The position numbers and the translations under genes were made by a program. This document shows, piece by piece, positions 20,234 through 28,196 of a DNA stretch of 64,000 nt. The notes beneath the pieces were generated by a model. It did no database searches. It saw only the letters and a program-made list of their open reading frames with translations, and had not been told where the DNA came from. The first letter of the stretch is position 1; every line of letters starts with the position of its first letter. The stretch is from Alphaproteobacteria bacterium (GTDB lineage: Bacteria > Pseudomonadota > Alphaproteobacteria > UBA828), in NCBI GenBank assembly GCA_965214705.1, contig CBDCCI010000002.1, positions 128,001 to 192,000 of the forward strand, in the 5' to 3' direction.

Positions 20234-22093
20234 ATGCAGCTAGACCCAATCACCTTCGAGGTGCTGCGCAACGCCTTGGGCAGCATGTGCGACGAGGGCA
20301 GCGAGATGATCGCCCGCCTCGCCTATGCGCCGACCATCAGCGAGGGGCACGACCACTCCTGCGCGCTGCTGACGGCGGAGGGCCGCCTCGTCGCCCACGG
20401 CAACCGCGATCAGGCGCCGCACATCGGCTCCTTCGAGCCATCCGTCAGGGTGGTGAAGGAGTGGGTGGGCGAGTTCGAGCCCGGCGACATCTACATCTTC
20501 AACGACCCCTACACCGGGGGCATCCACTGCAACGACGTGAAGCTGATCCGCCCGATCCACCACGAGGGCCGCCTTGTCGCCTTCAATTCTAGCACCGGCC
20601 ACTGGCCCGACGTGGGCGGCGCGCTGCCCGGCAGCTTCAACCCGCGCGCGGTGGACTGCTACTCCGAGGGCCTGCGGATGCCGCCAATGCGGCTCTTCCA
20701 TGACGGCGAGCTCGACCGCACGGTGATGACGCTGATCGAGTACAACATGCGTACCGGGCGCGAGCGCATCGCCGACATCCATGCCCAGCGGCAGGCCGGA
20801 TCGCTGATCGAGGACCGCCTGCTGGAGCTCTACGCCCGCCATGGAGCGGAGACCATCGAGGCGCTGTTCGAGGACATCTTCGACTACACCGAGGAGCGCT
20901 TCCGCGCCCAGGTCGCGCAGTTGCCGGACGGCGTGTACGAGTTCGAGGATTTCTCGGACAAGGACATCATGCACCCCGAGCACCCGCGCATCCGGGTACA
21001 CTGCCGGCTTACCATCGAGGGCGATCGCGCGAGCTTCGACTTTCGGGAGAGCGACGCCGCGCCGGTCGGCCCCTTCGGCTTCCCCCGCGCCTCGCTCGAG
21101 ACAGCGGTCTTCGACGGCACGCTCCACTGCTTCCCCCAGCTCGCGCCGCTCAATCATGGCCTGAGCCGGGCGGTCGAGGTGCTGTCCGTGCCGGGGAGCT
21201 GCGTCCACATCGAGGAGCCGACGCCGGCCTCGGGCTACGCCAGCGGCGCTTACGAGAAGGTCGCCGCCGTCACCATGGCGTGCTGGGCCGCGGCGTTTCA
21301 GGACACCGACCCCAAACGCATGTACGCCGCCGGCATCAACCTCGCGAACCTCTGCATCGGCGGCGTCCACCCCAAGACCGGCAAGCACTACGTCAACTAC
21401 CTGTGGAACGAAGGCGGCCAAGGCGCGCGCAGCTACAAGGACGGCAACCCCTTCCAGATGATGATCTTCATCGGGGGCGCCACCAACCAGCCGGTGGAGA
21501 TTCTGGAGCGCTGGTATCCGCTGCTCTACACCAACTGCGAGGGCGTCACCGATTCCTGCGGCGACGGCACCTATCGGGGCGGCGTGGGCATCGACCGCAG
21601 CTTCAAGACGCTGGGTGCCATGACCATGACCATGCACGGCGACCGCGCCGAGGTGACGCCCTTCGGACTCGCCGGCGGCACCAACGGCGGCCCCAACACG
21701 CTGAGGCTCCGCCGCGCGGCTTCGCCGGATAAGGAAGAAGAGCTTGGCATGCACGCCATGGGCATCCGCCTCGCCCCCGACGACCAGTTGATCTACCGCT
21801 CCAACGGCGGCGGCGGCTTCGGCGACCCCCGCACCAGGTCGCCCGAGACGGTGCTGGCCGATGTCGAGCAGGGCTGGATCACGCGCGAGCGGGCCGAGCA
21901 GGTCTATGGCGTGGTGCTCGCGGGCGGCAATGGCGCGGGCGATCCCTTGCGCATCGACGAGGCGGCGACGGCGGAGCGCCGCGCCGGCACTCAGCCTGCA
22001 GCGGAGGGCTACGGGCCGGGCGAGGTGCATCCACTGGGGCGGCTGCTGAAGGCGCCGGGCAACGGCGCCGACGCGGGCCAGAGCCCAACGTGA
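20234..22093 (+). CDS. Hydantoinase/oxoprolinase subunit B (HyuB-like)
   Basis: DPITFEV, NDPYTGGIH, HWPDVGG, GGGGFGDP. Confidence 0.93.
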   Translation: MQLDPITFEVLRNALGSMCDEGSEMIARLAYAPTISEGHDHSCALLTAEGRLVAHGNRDQAPHIGSFEPSVRVVKEWVGEFEPGDIYIFNDPYTGGIHCNDVKLIRPIHHEGRLVAFNSSTGHWPDVGGALPGSFNPRAVDCYSEGLRMPPMRLFHDGELDRTVMTLIEYNMRTGRERIADIHAQRQAGSLIEDRLLELYARHGAETIEALFEDIFDYTEERFRAQVAQLPDGVYEFEDFSDKDIMHPEHPRIRVHCRLTIEGDRASFDFRESDAAPVGPFGFPRASLETAVFDGTLHCFPQLAPLNHGLSRAVEVLSVPGSCVHIEEPTPASGYASGAYEKVAAVTMACWAAAFQDTDPKRMYAAGINLANLCIGGVHPKTGKHYVNYLWNEGGQGARSYKDGNPFQMMIFIGGATNQPVEILERWYPLLYTNCEGVTDSCGDGTYRGGVGIDRSFKTLGAMTMTMHGDRAEVTPFGLAGGTNGGPNTLRLRRAASPDKEEELGMHAMGIRLAPDDQLIYRSNGGGGFGDPRTRSPETVLADVEQGWITRERAEQVYGVVLAGGNGAGDPLRIDEAATAERRAGTQPAAEGYGPGEVHPLGRLLKAPGNGADAGQSPT

Positions 22094-22114
22094 GCTGATC
22101 GGAGGAGAAGCGGC

Positions 22115-23137
22115 ATGGAGTTCGGGATTGCCTTCAAGGGCGACATAGGGGTCGAGCGCACCATCGCCATCGCGCGCCAGTGCGAGGCGGCGGGCTTCGA
22201 CTACGTCTGGTTCTTCGATTCCCACATCCTCTGGTCGGACTGCTACTCCAAGATGGCGGTCTGTATGGCGCACACCGAGCGCGTGCGCTTCGGCCCGCTG
22301 GTGACCAACCCCAAGGTGCGCGACTGGTCGGTGGCGGCGAGCCTCTTCGCCACGCTGAGCGACATCGGGCGCGGCCGCTTCGACATCGCGGTCGGGCGGG
22401 GCGACAGCTCCATGCGGGTCATGGGCAAGTCGCCGGCGACGCTGGCCTACACGGCCGAGTTCTGCGATGCGATGCGCAAGATGGTGGCGGGCGATACCGT
22501 GCAGTACGCGGATTGCCCGGAGCCGGTCTACATGGAATGGGTCGCGGGCCACGCCATGCCGGTCTGGTTCGCGGCCTACGGGCCGAAGGCGCTCAAGACC
22601 GCAGGCGAGGTCGGCGACGGGCTCATCATCCAGCTTGCCGACGTCGGGCTCTGCGAGTGGTTCGGCGGCCAGGCCAAGGCGGCGGGCGAGGCCGCGGGCC
22701 GCGACATGGGGGGCTACAGGGTGCTCTCGGCCGCCCCCGTCTGGGTCGGCGACAGGGAGACCGGCGTCGCGCAGACCAAGTGGTTCCCGGCGCTGGTCGG
22801 CAACCACGTGGCCGATATCGTGGAGAAGTACGGCGCCGGCACCGACCTCGTGCCGGACAGCCTCACCGCCTACATCGAGGCGCGGCGCGGCTCGGGCGCG
22901 GGCGGCGAGGGCTACAACTACCGCCAGCACGCCGACAAGGTCTCCGACAACACCTATTACATTACGCCGGAGATCACGGACTCCTTCTGCATCCTGGGCG
23001 AGCCCGACGAGCACGTGGCCAAGCTCAAGGCGCTGGAGGCGGCGGGCGTGACCCAGTTCACGATCTACCTCACCAACGGTTCGGAGGAGCGCATCGTCGC
23101 CGACTACGGCGACCACGTGATCCCGCACTTCCGGTAG
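22115..23137 (+). CDS. LLM-class oxidoreductase, putative F420-dependent (TIGR03842-like)
   Basis: FDSHILW, GPLVTNP, GRGDSS, AAYGPKAL, WFPALVGNHVAD. Confidence 0.8.
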   Translation: MEFGIAFKGDIGVERTIAIARQCEAAGFDYVWFFDSHILWSDCYSKMAVCMAHTERVRFGPLVTNPKVRDWSVAASLFATLSDIGRGRFDIAVGRGDSSMRVMGKSPATLAYTAEFCDAMRKMVAGDTVQYADCPEPVYMEWVAGHAMPVWFAAYGPKALKTAGEVGDGLIIQLADVGLCEWFGGQAKAAGEAAGRDMGGYRVLSAAPVWVGDRETGVAQTKWFPALVGNHVADIVEKYGAGTDLVPDSLTAYIEARRGSGAGGEGYNYRQHADKVSDNTYYITPEITDSFCILGEPDEHVAKLKALEAAGVTQFTIYLTNGSEERIVADYGDHVIPHFR

Positions 23138-23177
23138 GAGTTCGCGCCCGACGTTGCGCGCGCTGCGGGCGGGCGCC

Positions 23178-23423
23178 TTAGCCGCCGCGGTCGAACATCT
23201 TCTCGATTTCGGCGGCGCCGATGCGGTCGAAGTCCTCGGGTATCGAGAATTCGCCTTCCATGAATCCGAGCCGGCGGGCGGTCTCGGCTGGCCGTGCATC
23301 CGCGGCTACCACCTTGACCAGCGGCTTGCCATTGCGTGCGATCACGAACGGCTCGCCCTCGACGGCCTCCGCCACGAGCTGCGACAGCTTCGTCTTGGCG
23401 TCTTCGATGTCGACAACACGCAT
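23178..23423 (-). CDS. Phd/YefM-family antitoxin with no adjacent toxin
   Basis: AKTKLSQLV..GEPFVIARNGKPLVKV, RRLG, PEDFD. Confidence 0.88.
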   Translation of the reverse strand: MRVVDIEDAKTKLSQLVAEAVEGEPFVIARNGKPLVKVVAADARPAETARRLGFMEGEFSIPEDFDRIGAAEIEKMFDRGG

Positions 23424-23428
23424 CGCAC

Positions 23429-24430
23429 CTAATCCAACCTAACCACCTCGCCGGTGGCCGCCGAGCGTTCGACCGCGAGCGTGGTCCGCACCGCCTCCAT
23501 CGACTCCCTGGGCGTGATGATGGTGGGCGGCGTGCCCTCGCGCACGCAGCGGGTGAAGTAGAGGAACTCCTCGCGGAGCGCGCCCGAGAGCCTGCCGTGC
23601 AGCTCCGGCCAGTAGGTGGTGTCGGGGCTGCGGAAGCCGTCCTTCGTGCAAATGCCGATGTTGGGGAAGGTGTCCTGGATGTGGATGAAGCCCTCCGTGC
23701 CGATGATCGACATGCGCTCGTCGATGTCGAAGGGGGTCTTCTCCGGCATGCACCAGACCGTCTCCAGCGTCGCCGTGGCGCCTGAATCGAAGCGGTACAT
23801 GGTCTGGCCGATGTCGGGGTATTTCAGGCCGCGCACATCCACGGTCTGGGCGTAGGCGCTCACCACGTGTGAGCCGGTGAACCAGAGCATCAGGTCGGTG
23901 TCGTGGATGGCATCGCCGATGATCGGCCCGATCTTGTTGAGGATCTCGGGCGTCCACGCCGCCGGGATGTTGCGCCGCGAGCTGAGCGCCACGATGCGGC
24001 CGATGTTGCCGGCCTCGATCTCCCGCTTGGCCGCCGCGTAGCGCGGGTTGAAGCGGCAGATGTGCCCCACCATGAGGAAGCCCGGCGCCGCCTCCGCCGC
24101 CGCCACGATGCGCGCGCAGTCCTCCACCGTGGACGCCATGGGCTTCTCGAGGAAGACGTGCTTGCCCGCTTCCAGCGCCGCCAGCGTGGGCCCGGTGTGC
24201 TGGTCCCACATGGTGACGACGCTGATCGCATCGAGATCGTCCCGCGCCAGCAGTGCACGGTAATCGGTCTCCAGCACGCCCACGCCGTACTTGCGGCCGA
24301 GGTCGTGGAGCCGCGCTTCGGTCCGGGTGCAGAGGCCCGCGAGCTCCAGGCCCGGCGTGGCCTGGATCGCGTCGCAGTGGACCTCGCCGAACCAGCCGAG
24401 GCCGATCACGCCGATGCGCACGCTCACCAT
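23429..24430 (-). CDS. Gfo/Idh/MocA-family NAD(P)-dependent oxidoreductase
   Basis: GVIGLGWFG, GKHVFLEKP, RFNP, IHDTD; start MVSVRIG. Confidence 0.9.
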   Translation of the reverse strand: MVSVRIGVIGLGWFGEVHCDAIQATPGLELAGLCTRTEARLHDLGRKYGVGVLETDYRALLARDDLDAISVVTMWDQHTGPTLAALEAGKHVFLEKPMASTVEDCARIVAAAEAAPGFLMVGHICRFNPRYAAAKREIEAGNIGRIVALSSRRNIPAAWTPEILNKIGPIIGDAIHDTDLMLWFTGSHVVSAYAQTVDVRGLKYPDIGQTMYRFDSGATATLETVWCMPEKTPFDIDERMSIIGTEGFIHIQDTFPNIGICTKDGFRSPDTTYWPELHGRLSGALREEFLYFTRCVREGTPPTIITPRESMEAVRTTLAVERSAATGEVVRLD

Positions 24431-24459
24431 GGCGGCGCCCTCCCGTCCCGCCGCGCCGC

Positions 24460-25041
24460 TCAGGCGGCCTCGTCCTTCCGCGCGGTGAAGGTGAGGCCCT
24501 TGGCCGCGAACTTCTCCTTCACCCCCGGCTTGATCGCGTCGAGCTTGACCGCGGTGGACGGCGCCATGTCGATGTCGGTCATGTCGTGCACGCCGCCTGA
24601 GATCAGCACCTGCAGGATGGCGTCGTCGTCGCTGATGTTGCGAAAGGCGCGGTTGACCTTGGGCGGTACCGAGATGGTGTCGAACTGGTCGAGCTCCACC
24701 CGCCCGCTGCCGTCGTCGTTCCAGGTCACCTCGAAGCGGCCCTTGAGCACGGTGAAGGTCTCGTAGGTCTGGTGGTGGGCGTGGAGCGAGGGGCCCTGGC
24801 CCGGTGGGCAGACCGCGAGCGTCATGGTCATACCGGCGGCGTCCACGATGGGCGCGCCGGTGTTGATCGGCGTGTCCACGTCGCCGCCGAGCCCGATGAC
24901 CGAGAGCAGCTTGCGCGCGTAGATGACGTCGTTGGCCTCCAGCGGAATCTCCGGGTCTTGCTGGATCGGCAGCGGCTTCAGCGCGCCGTAGCGTGAAATC
25001 CGGCTCTGCATCTCGTCCTGCGTGATCTCGATCGTCTTCAT
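24460..25041 (-). CDS. Cupin-domain protein
   Basis: PPGQGPSLHAH..TYETF, DTISVPP..RAF. Confidence 0.8.
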   Translation of the reverse strand: MKTIEITQDEMQSRISRYGALKPLPIQQDPEIPLEANDVIYARKLLSVIGLGGDVDTPINTGAPIVDAAGMTMTLAVCPPGQGPSLHAHHQTYETFTVLKGRFEVTWNDDGSGRVELDQFDTISVPPKVNRAFRNISDDDAILQVLISGGVHDMTDIDMAPSTAVKLDAIKPGVKEKFAAKGLTFTARKDEAA

Positions 25042-25170
25042 CGCATCCTCCCTGGCGCGCCCCGCGGCGCCGCGCCCGGAATGGTAGAGCGATCGGCGCC
25101 GGAATGGAATCGCCCGTGCATCCGCCTACGTCCGGCGGGACGCGGGCGGGACATGAACAAGAATTTTGTC

Positions 25171-25214
25171 CGGGATACGCCGGGATTCGATGGGATAATT
25201 GGGACAAAGGGGAT
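25171..25214 (+). promoter_or_regulatory. Array of five GGGA(T/C) direct repeats at 9-10-bp period (MraZ-box-like)
   Basis: GGGA at 25172, 25182, 25192, 25201 and 25210. Confidence 0.45.
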
Positions 25215-25436
25215 TCCACGGGGCAGGTAGCCCTCGGGGCCGTATCGCCCCGCCGCCGCGGCCCATCCTTTCTCCATCCCGCAGCGGCCCGGCCGCTCGT
25301 GCGCTGTCGGTTCCCGTCTTGCATAACGCTAGGATGGCACCCGCGCCGCGCGCCGTGCACCGCACCATGGTGGGGGGTTGGCGGTCGACGCCGGCGAAGG
25401 GAATGACGATTCAGGGTGACGAAACGTTCCTCGTGG

Positions 25437-25455
25437 TGTAAAGTGCCCCGTGACA
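25437..25455. promoter_or_regulatory. Possible HigA operator (imperfect palindrome TGTAAAG...CGTGACA)
   Basis: Immediately upstream of higB. Confidence 0.3.
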
Positions 25456-25469
25456 GGTGACATCAGCGC

Positions 25470-25748
25470 ATGGTTCTTCATTTCCGTCATGCGGGTCTCA
25501 GGCGCCTGTTCGAGAGGGGTGATGTTCGACGTGTCTCCCCCCAATTGGTGCCCAAGATCGAACGAGTCCTGGCCCGTCTCGACGAAGCGTCGGAACCTGG
25601 CGACATGAACCTGCCGGGTTTTCGGCTGCATCTCTTGAGGGGCGATCTGGCCGATCATTGGGCCGTCAGCGTGTCGGGCAACTGGCGCATCGTCTTCCGC
25701 TTTGAAGGCCGCCACGTCACCGATGTCGATCTGGTCGACTACCACTAG
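25470..25748 (+). CDS. higB: HigB (RelE/ParE superfamily) toxin
   Basis: FRHAGLRRLFE, PGFRLHLL.GD, VSGNWRIVFRF, DLVDYH. Confidence 0.93.
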   Translation: MVLHFRHAGLRRLFERGDVRRVSPQLVPKIERVLARLDEASEPGDMNLPGFRLHLLRGDLADHWAVSVSGNWRIVFRFEGRHVTDVDLVDYH

Positions 25749-25766
25749 CAACAGGAGGACTGCGGC

Positions 25767-26057
25767 ATGCCAATGAAGAACCCGCCCCATCCGGGTCTCT
25801 CGGTTCGCCATGACTGCCTCGAGCCGCTGGGTCTCAGCGTGACGGAGGCAGCGCGCAAGCTGGGTGTCAGCCGCAAGCAACTCTCGGACATCGTGAACTG
25901 CCGCGCCGGCATTTCGCCCGAGATGGCAATTCGCCTCGACAAGGCGTTCGGTGGCGGCGCCGACACGTGGTACCGGCTCCAGTCGACCTGGGAGTTGGCC
26001 CAGGCATTGAAGAAGGCGGATCAGATCAAGGTCGAGCGTCTCTCGCCCGCCGCGTGA
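25767..26057 (+). CDS. higA: HigA antitoxin (HTH)
   Basis: [21 protein letters not shown]. Confidence 0.93.
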   Translation: MPMKNPPHPGLSVRHDCLEPLGLSVTEAARKLGVSRKQLSDIVNCRAGISPEMAIRLDKAFGGGADTWYRLQSTWELAQALKKADQIKVERLSPAA

Positions 26058-26145
26058 GGCTACACGCCTTTCGACGCATCGTGCGCAGCGGCACTTGCGA
26101 TATGATCGGGCGCCGACGGCACGACTTCCTCGGAGAACTCCGGCC

Positions 26146-27366
26146 TTGACCAGCACCCCGTCCACGACCGGCGAAACAGGCACGCCCGCGCCGGTCGATC
26201 TTCCCTTCTCGCGTGACGAGTACGCGGCGCGGATCGCGAAGACCCGCCGCGCGATAGACGAGAGGGGTCTCGACCTGCTCGTCGTCTCCGACCCCTCGAA
26301 CATGGCGTGGCTCACCGGCTACGACGGCTGGTCCTTCTACGTGCACCAGTGCGTGCTGCTCGCGCTCGAAGGCGATCCGGTGTGGTTCGGGCGCGGCATG
26401 GATGCCAACGGGGCGAAGCGCACTGTGTTCATGGGGCACGACGATATCGTCGCCTACGGGGACCACTACGTGATGTCCACCGAGCGCCACCCGATGGACT
26501 ACCTGAGCGAGGTCATCGTGGGGCGCGGCTGGGGCGAAGCGCGGATCGGCGTCGAGATGGACAATTACTACTTCAGCGCGGCCGCCTACCGATCGCTGGA
26601 ATCCCACCTCCGCGATGCGACGCTGCTCGACGCGACGGGCCTCGTGAACTGGCAGCGGATCGTGAAGTCCGACGCCGAGATCGCCTTCATGCGGAGCGCG
26701 GCGCGGATCGTGGAGAAGATGCACGCGCGCATCCTGGAGGTGATCAAGCCCGGCATGCGCAAGAACGACCTGGTGGCGGAGATCTACCACGCGGCCATCA
26801 CCGGGGTGGAGGGCGCGGGCGGCGACTACCCCGCGATCGTGCCGATGCTGCCCACCGGCATCGACGCGTCCGCGGCGCACCTCACCTGGGACGACAAGCC
26901 GATGCGGGTAGGCGAGGCGACGTTCTTCGAGATCGCCGGCGTCTACAGGCGCTACCACTGCCCGCTCTGCCGCACGGTGTTCCTGGGCAAGCCGTCGGCG
27001 CGCGAGCGCAACGCGGAAGGTGCGCTGCTGGAGGCCATCGAGGCGGGGCTCGAAGCTGCGAAGCCGGGGAACCTGTGCGAGGACATCCACCGCGCCTTCA
27101 CGGCCTCGCTCGCACGCCACGGCCTGACCAAGGAGAGCCGCTGCGGCTACTCCATCGGGCTGAGCTATCCGCCCGACTGGGGCGAGCGCACCATCAGCCT
27201 GCGCCCCGGCGACCGCACTGAGCTTAAGCCCAACATGACCATCCACTTCATGCCGGCACTCTGGTTCGAGGACTGGGGCCTCGAGATCACCGAGAGCATC
27301 CGCATCACCGAGACCGGCTGCGAGACTCTTGCCAGCTGGCCCCGCGAATTACAGGTGAAGGCCTGA
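26146..27366 (+). CDS. doeA: Ectoine hydrolase DoeA/EutD-like (M24 family)
   Basis: DPSNMAWLTGYDGWSFYVHQ, RHPMDYL, GYSIGLSYPPDWGERT; TTG start inferred. Confidence 0.85.
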   Translation: MTSTPSTTGETGTPAPVDLPFSRDEYAARIAKTRRAIDERGLDLLVVSDPSNMAWLTGYDGWSFYVHQCVLLALEGDPVWFGRGMDANGAKRTVFMGHDDIVAYGDHYVMSTERHPMDYLSEVIVGRGWGEARIGVEMDNYYFSAAAYRSLESHLRDATLLDATGLVNWQRIVKSDAEIAFMRSAARIVEKMHARILEVIKPGMRKNDLVAEIYHAAITGVEGAGGDYPAIVPMLPTGIDASAAHLTWDDKPMRVGEATFFEIAGVYRRYHCPLCRTVFLGKPSARERNAEGALLEAIEAGLEAAKPGNLCEDIHRAFTASLARHGLTKESRCGYSIGLSYPPDWGERTISLRPGDRTELKPNMTIHFMPALWFEDWGLEITESIRITETGCETLASWPRELQVKA

Positions 27367-27410
27367 ACCGCGCCGCACCCGCATCACGGTCCGAGGCGTC
27401 TAGCGGACCG

Positions 27411-27854
27411 CTACCTTGCGGCTTCGCCCACGAAGGGGCTTCGGACCGTCACCGTGCCGTACATGCGGCCATGCTGAAAATCCTCGGAGATCAACTCCTC
27501 GATCCCGTGAACTTCTGCATAGGCCCAGAGATGCGCATCGTACCACGAGAGGCCATATGCCGCCGCGCCGCGAAGTGCGGTTCGTAGCACTGCGTCGTCG
27601 GGATAGATGATCGGGAACTGCGCCATGATCTCCTCTGCCTCGCGGCGCGCGTCGGCGGGATCGAGCAGGCGGGCTTCTGGACCGCCTCGGGTGGTTGCCG
27701 CGACGAATTCGACGATTACCTGATGGGGGATGCGCACGTTCCCACTGACGATGCCCTCGCGGAGAACGTCGGACGCAATCGACTGCTTCTCTGGGAACCG
27801 CTCGTCATAGCGGTAGATCACGATGTTTGTGTCAATCAGGGCGCGTGCGGCCAC
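27411..27854 (-). CDS. PIN-domain (VapC-like) toxin
   Basis: LIDTNIVIY, QVIVEF, SWYDAHLWA, SEDFQHG. Confidence 0.88.
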   Translation of the reverse strand: MAARALIDTNIVIYRYDERFPEKQSIASDVLREGIVSGNVRIPHQVIVEFVAATTRGGPEARLLDPADARREAEEIMAQFPIIYPDDAVLRTALRGAAAYGLSWYDAHLWAYAEVHGIEELISEDFQHGRMYGTVTVRSPFVGEAAR

Positions 27855-28128
27855 GCTCGTAGAGCTCCTCTCTGGTCCAGCCGCGCGAGCTTGCCGTGCG
27901 CAATGAGCGGCCCGCTTCGCGTGTCCGCTGCCGGGCGGTGGCCGCGTCAAAGAGCCGAAGGCGCGCCTCGGTATTGAGCACCTCGGCAGGTTTGGCGGCA
28001 GCGTCGGGGACCACGCGCATGACCTCGCCGGCCTCCTCGAAACGGATGTCGTCGCCGGGGCGAATTCCGTAACGCTCTGCGAGCGCCTTGGGAACCGTAA
28101 CCTGGAGCTTGCTTGTGACCTTGCTCAT
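27832..28128 (-). CDS. AbrB/MazE/SpoVT-family antitoxin
   Basis: KVTSKLQVTVPK...YGIRPGD, WTREELYER; overlaps the PIN gene. Confidence 0.88.
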   Translation of the reverse strand: MSKVTSKLQVTVPKALAERYGIRPGDDIRFEEAGEVMRVVPDAAAKPAEVLNTEARLRLFDAATARQRTREAGRSLRTASSRGWTREELYERGRTRPD

Positions 28129-28129
28129 G

Positions 28130-28147
28130 TCCTTACTCTAGTAAGGA
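28130..28147. promoter_or_regulatory. Autoregulatory operator of the AbrB-PIN TA operon
   Basis: Palindrome TCCTTACT-CT-AGTAAGGA directly before the ATG, with TTGACA further upstream on the minus strand. Confidence 0.7.
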
Positions 28148-28196
28148 TAGTGTCCTTGTCAAGGCCGCTTCAGAGGCGCTGAACGCCGCCCGCCCC

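Noticed and set aside
20240-23299. 1019-aa minus-strand ORF and the many other long overlapping ORFs (e.g. 12058-14193, 18100-20286, 31119-33245, 33188-35311)
   Set aside because: Antisense or off-frame shadows of well-supported genes, expected at high GC.
23429-25360. 643-aa fused ORF; likewise 46284-48065, 36006-37520, 48770-50038 and 51422-52063
   Set aside because: N-terminal extensions overlap other genes, IS DNA or the duplicated fragment; internal starts fit the family lengths.
27361-28196. Direct repeats flanking the AbrB-PIN module (CTGAACCGCGCC versus CTGAACGCCGCC)
   Set aside because: Too short and GC-rich to distinguish from chance.
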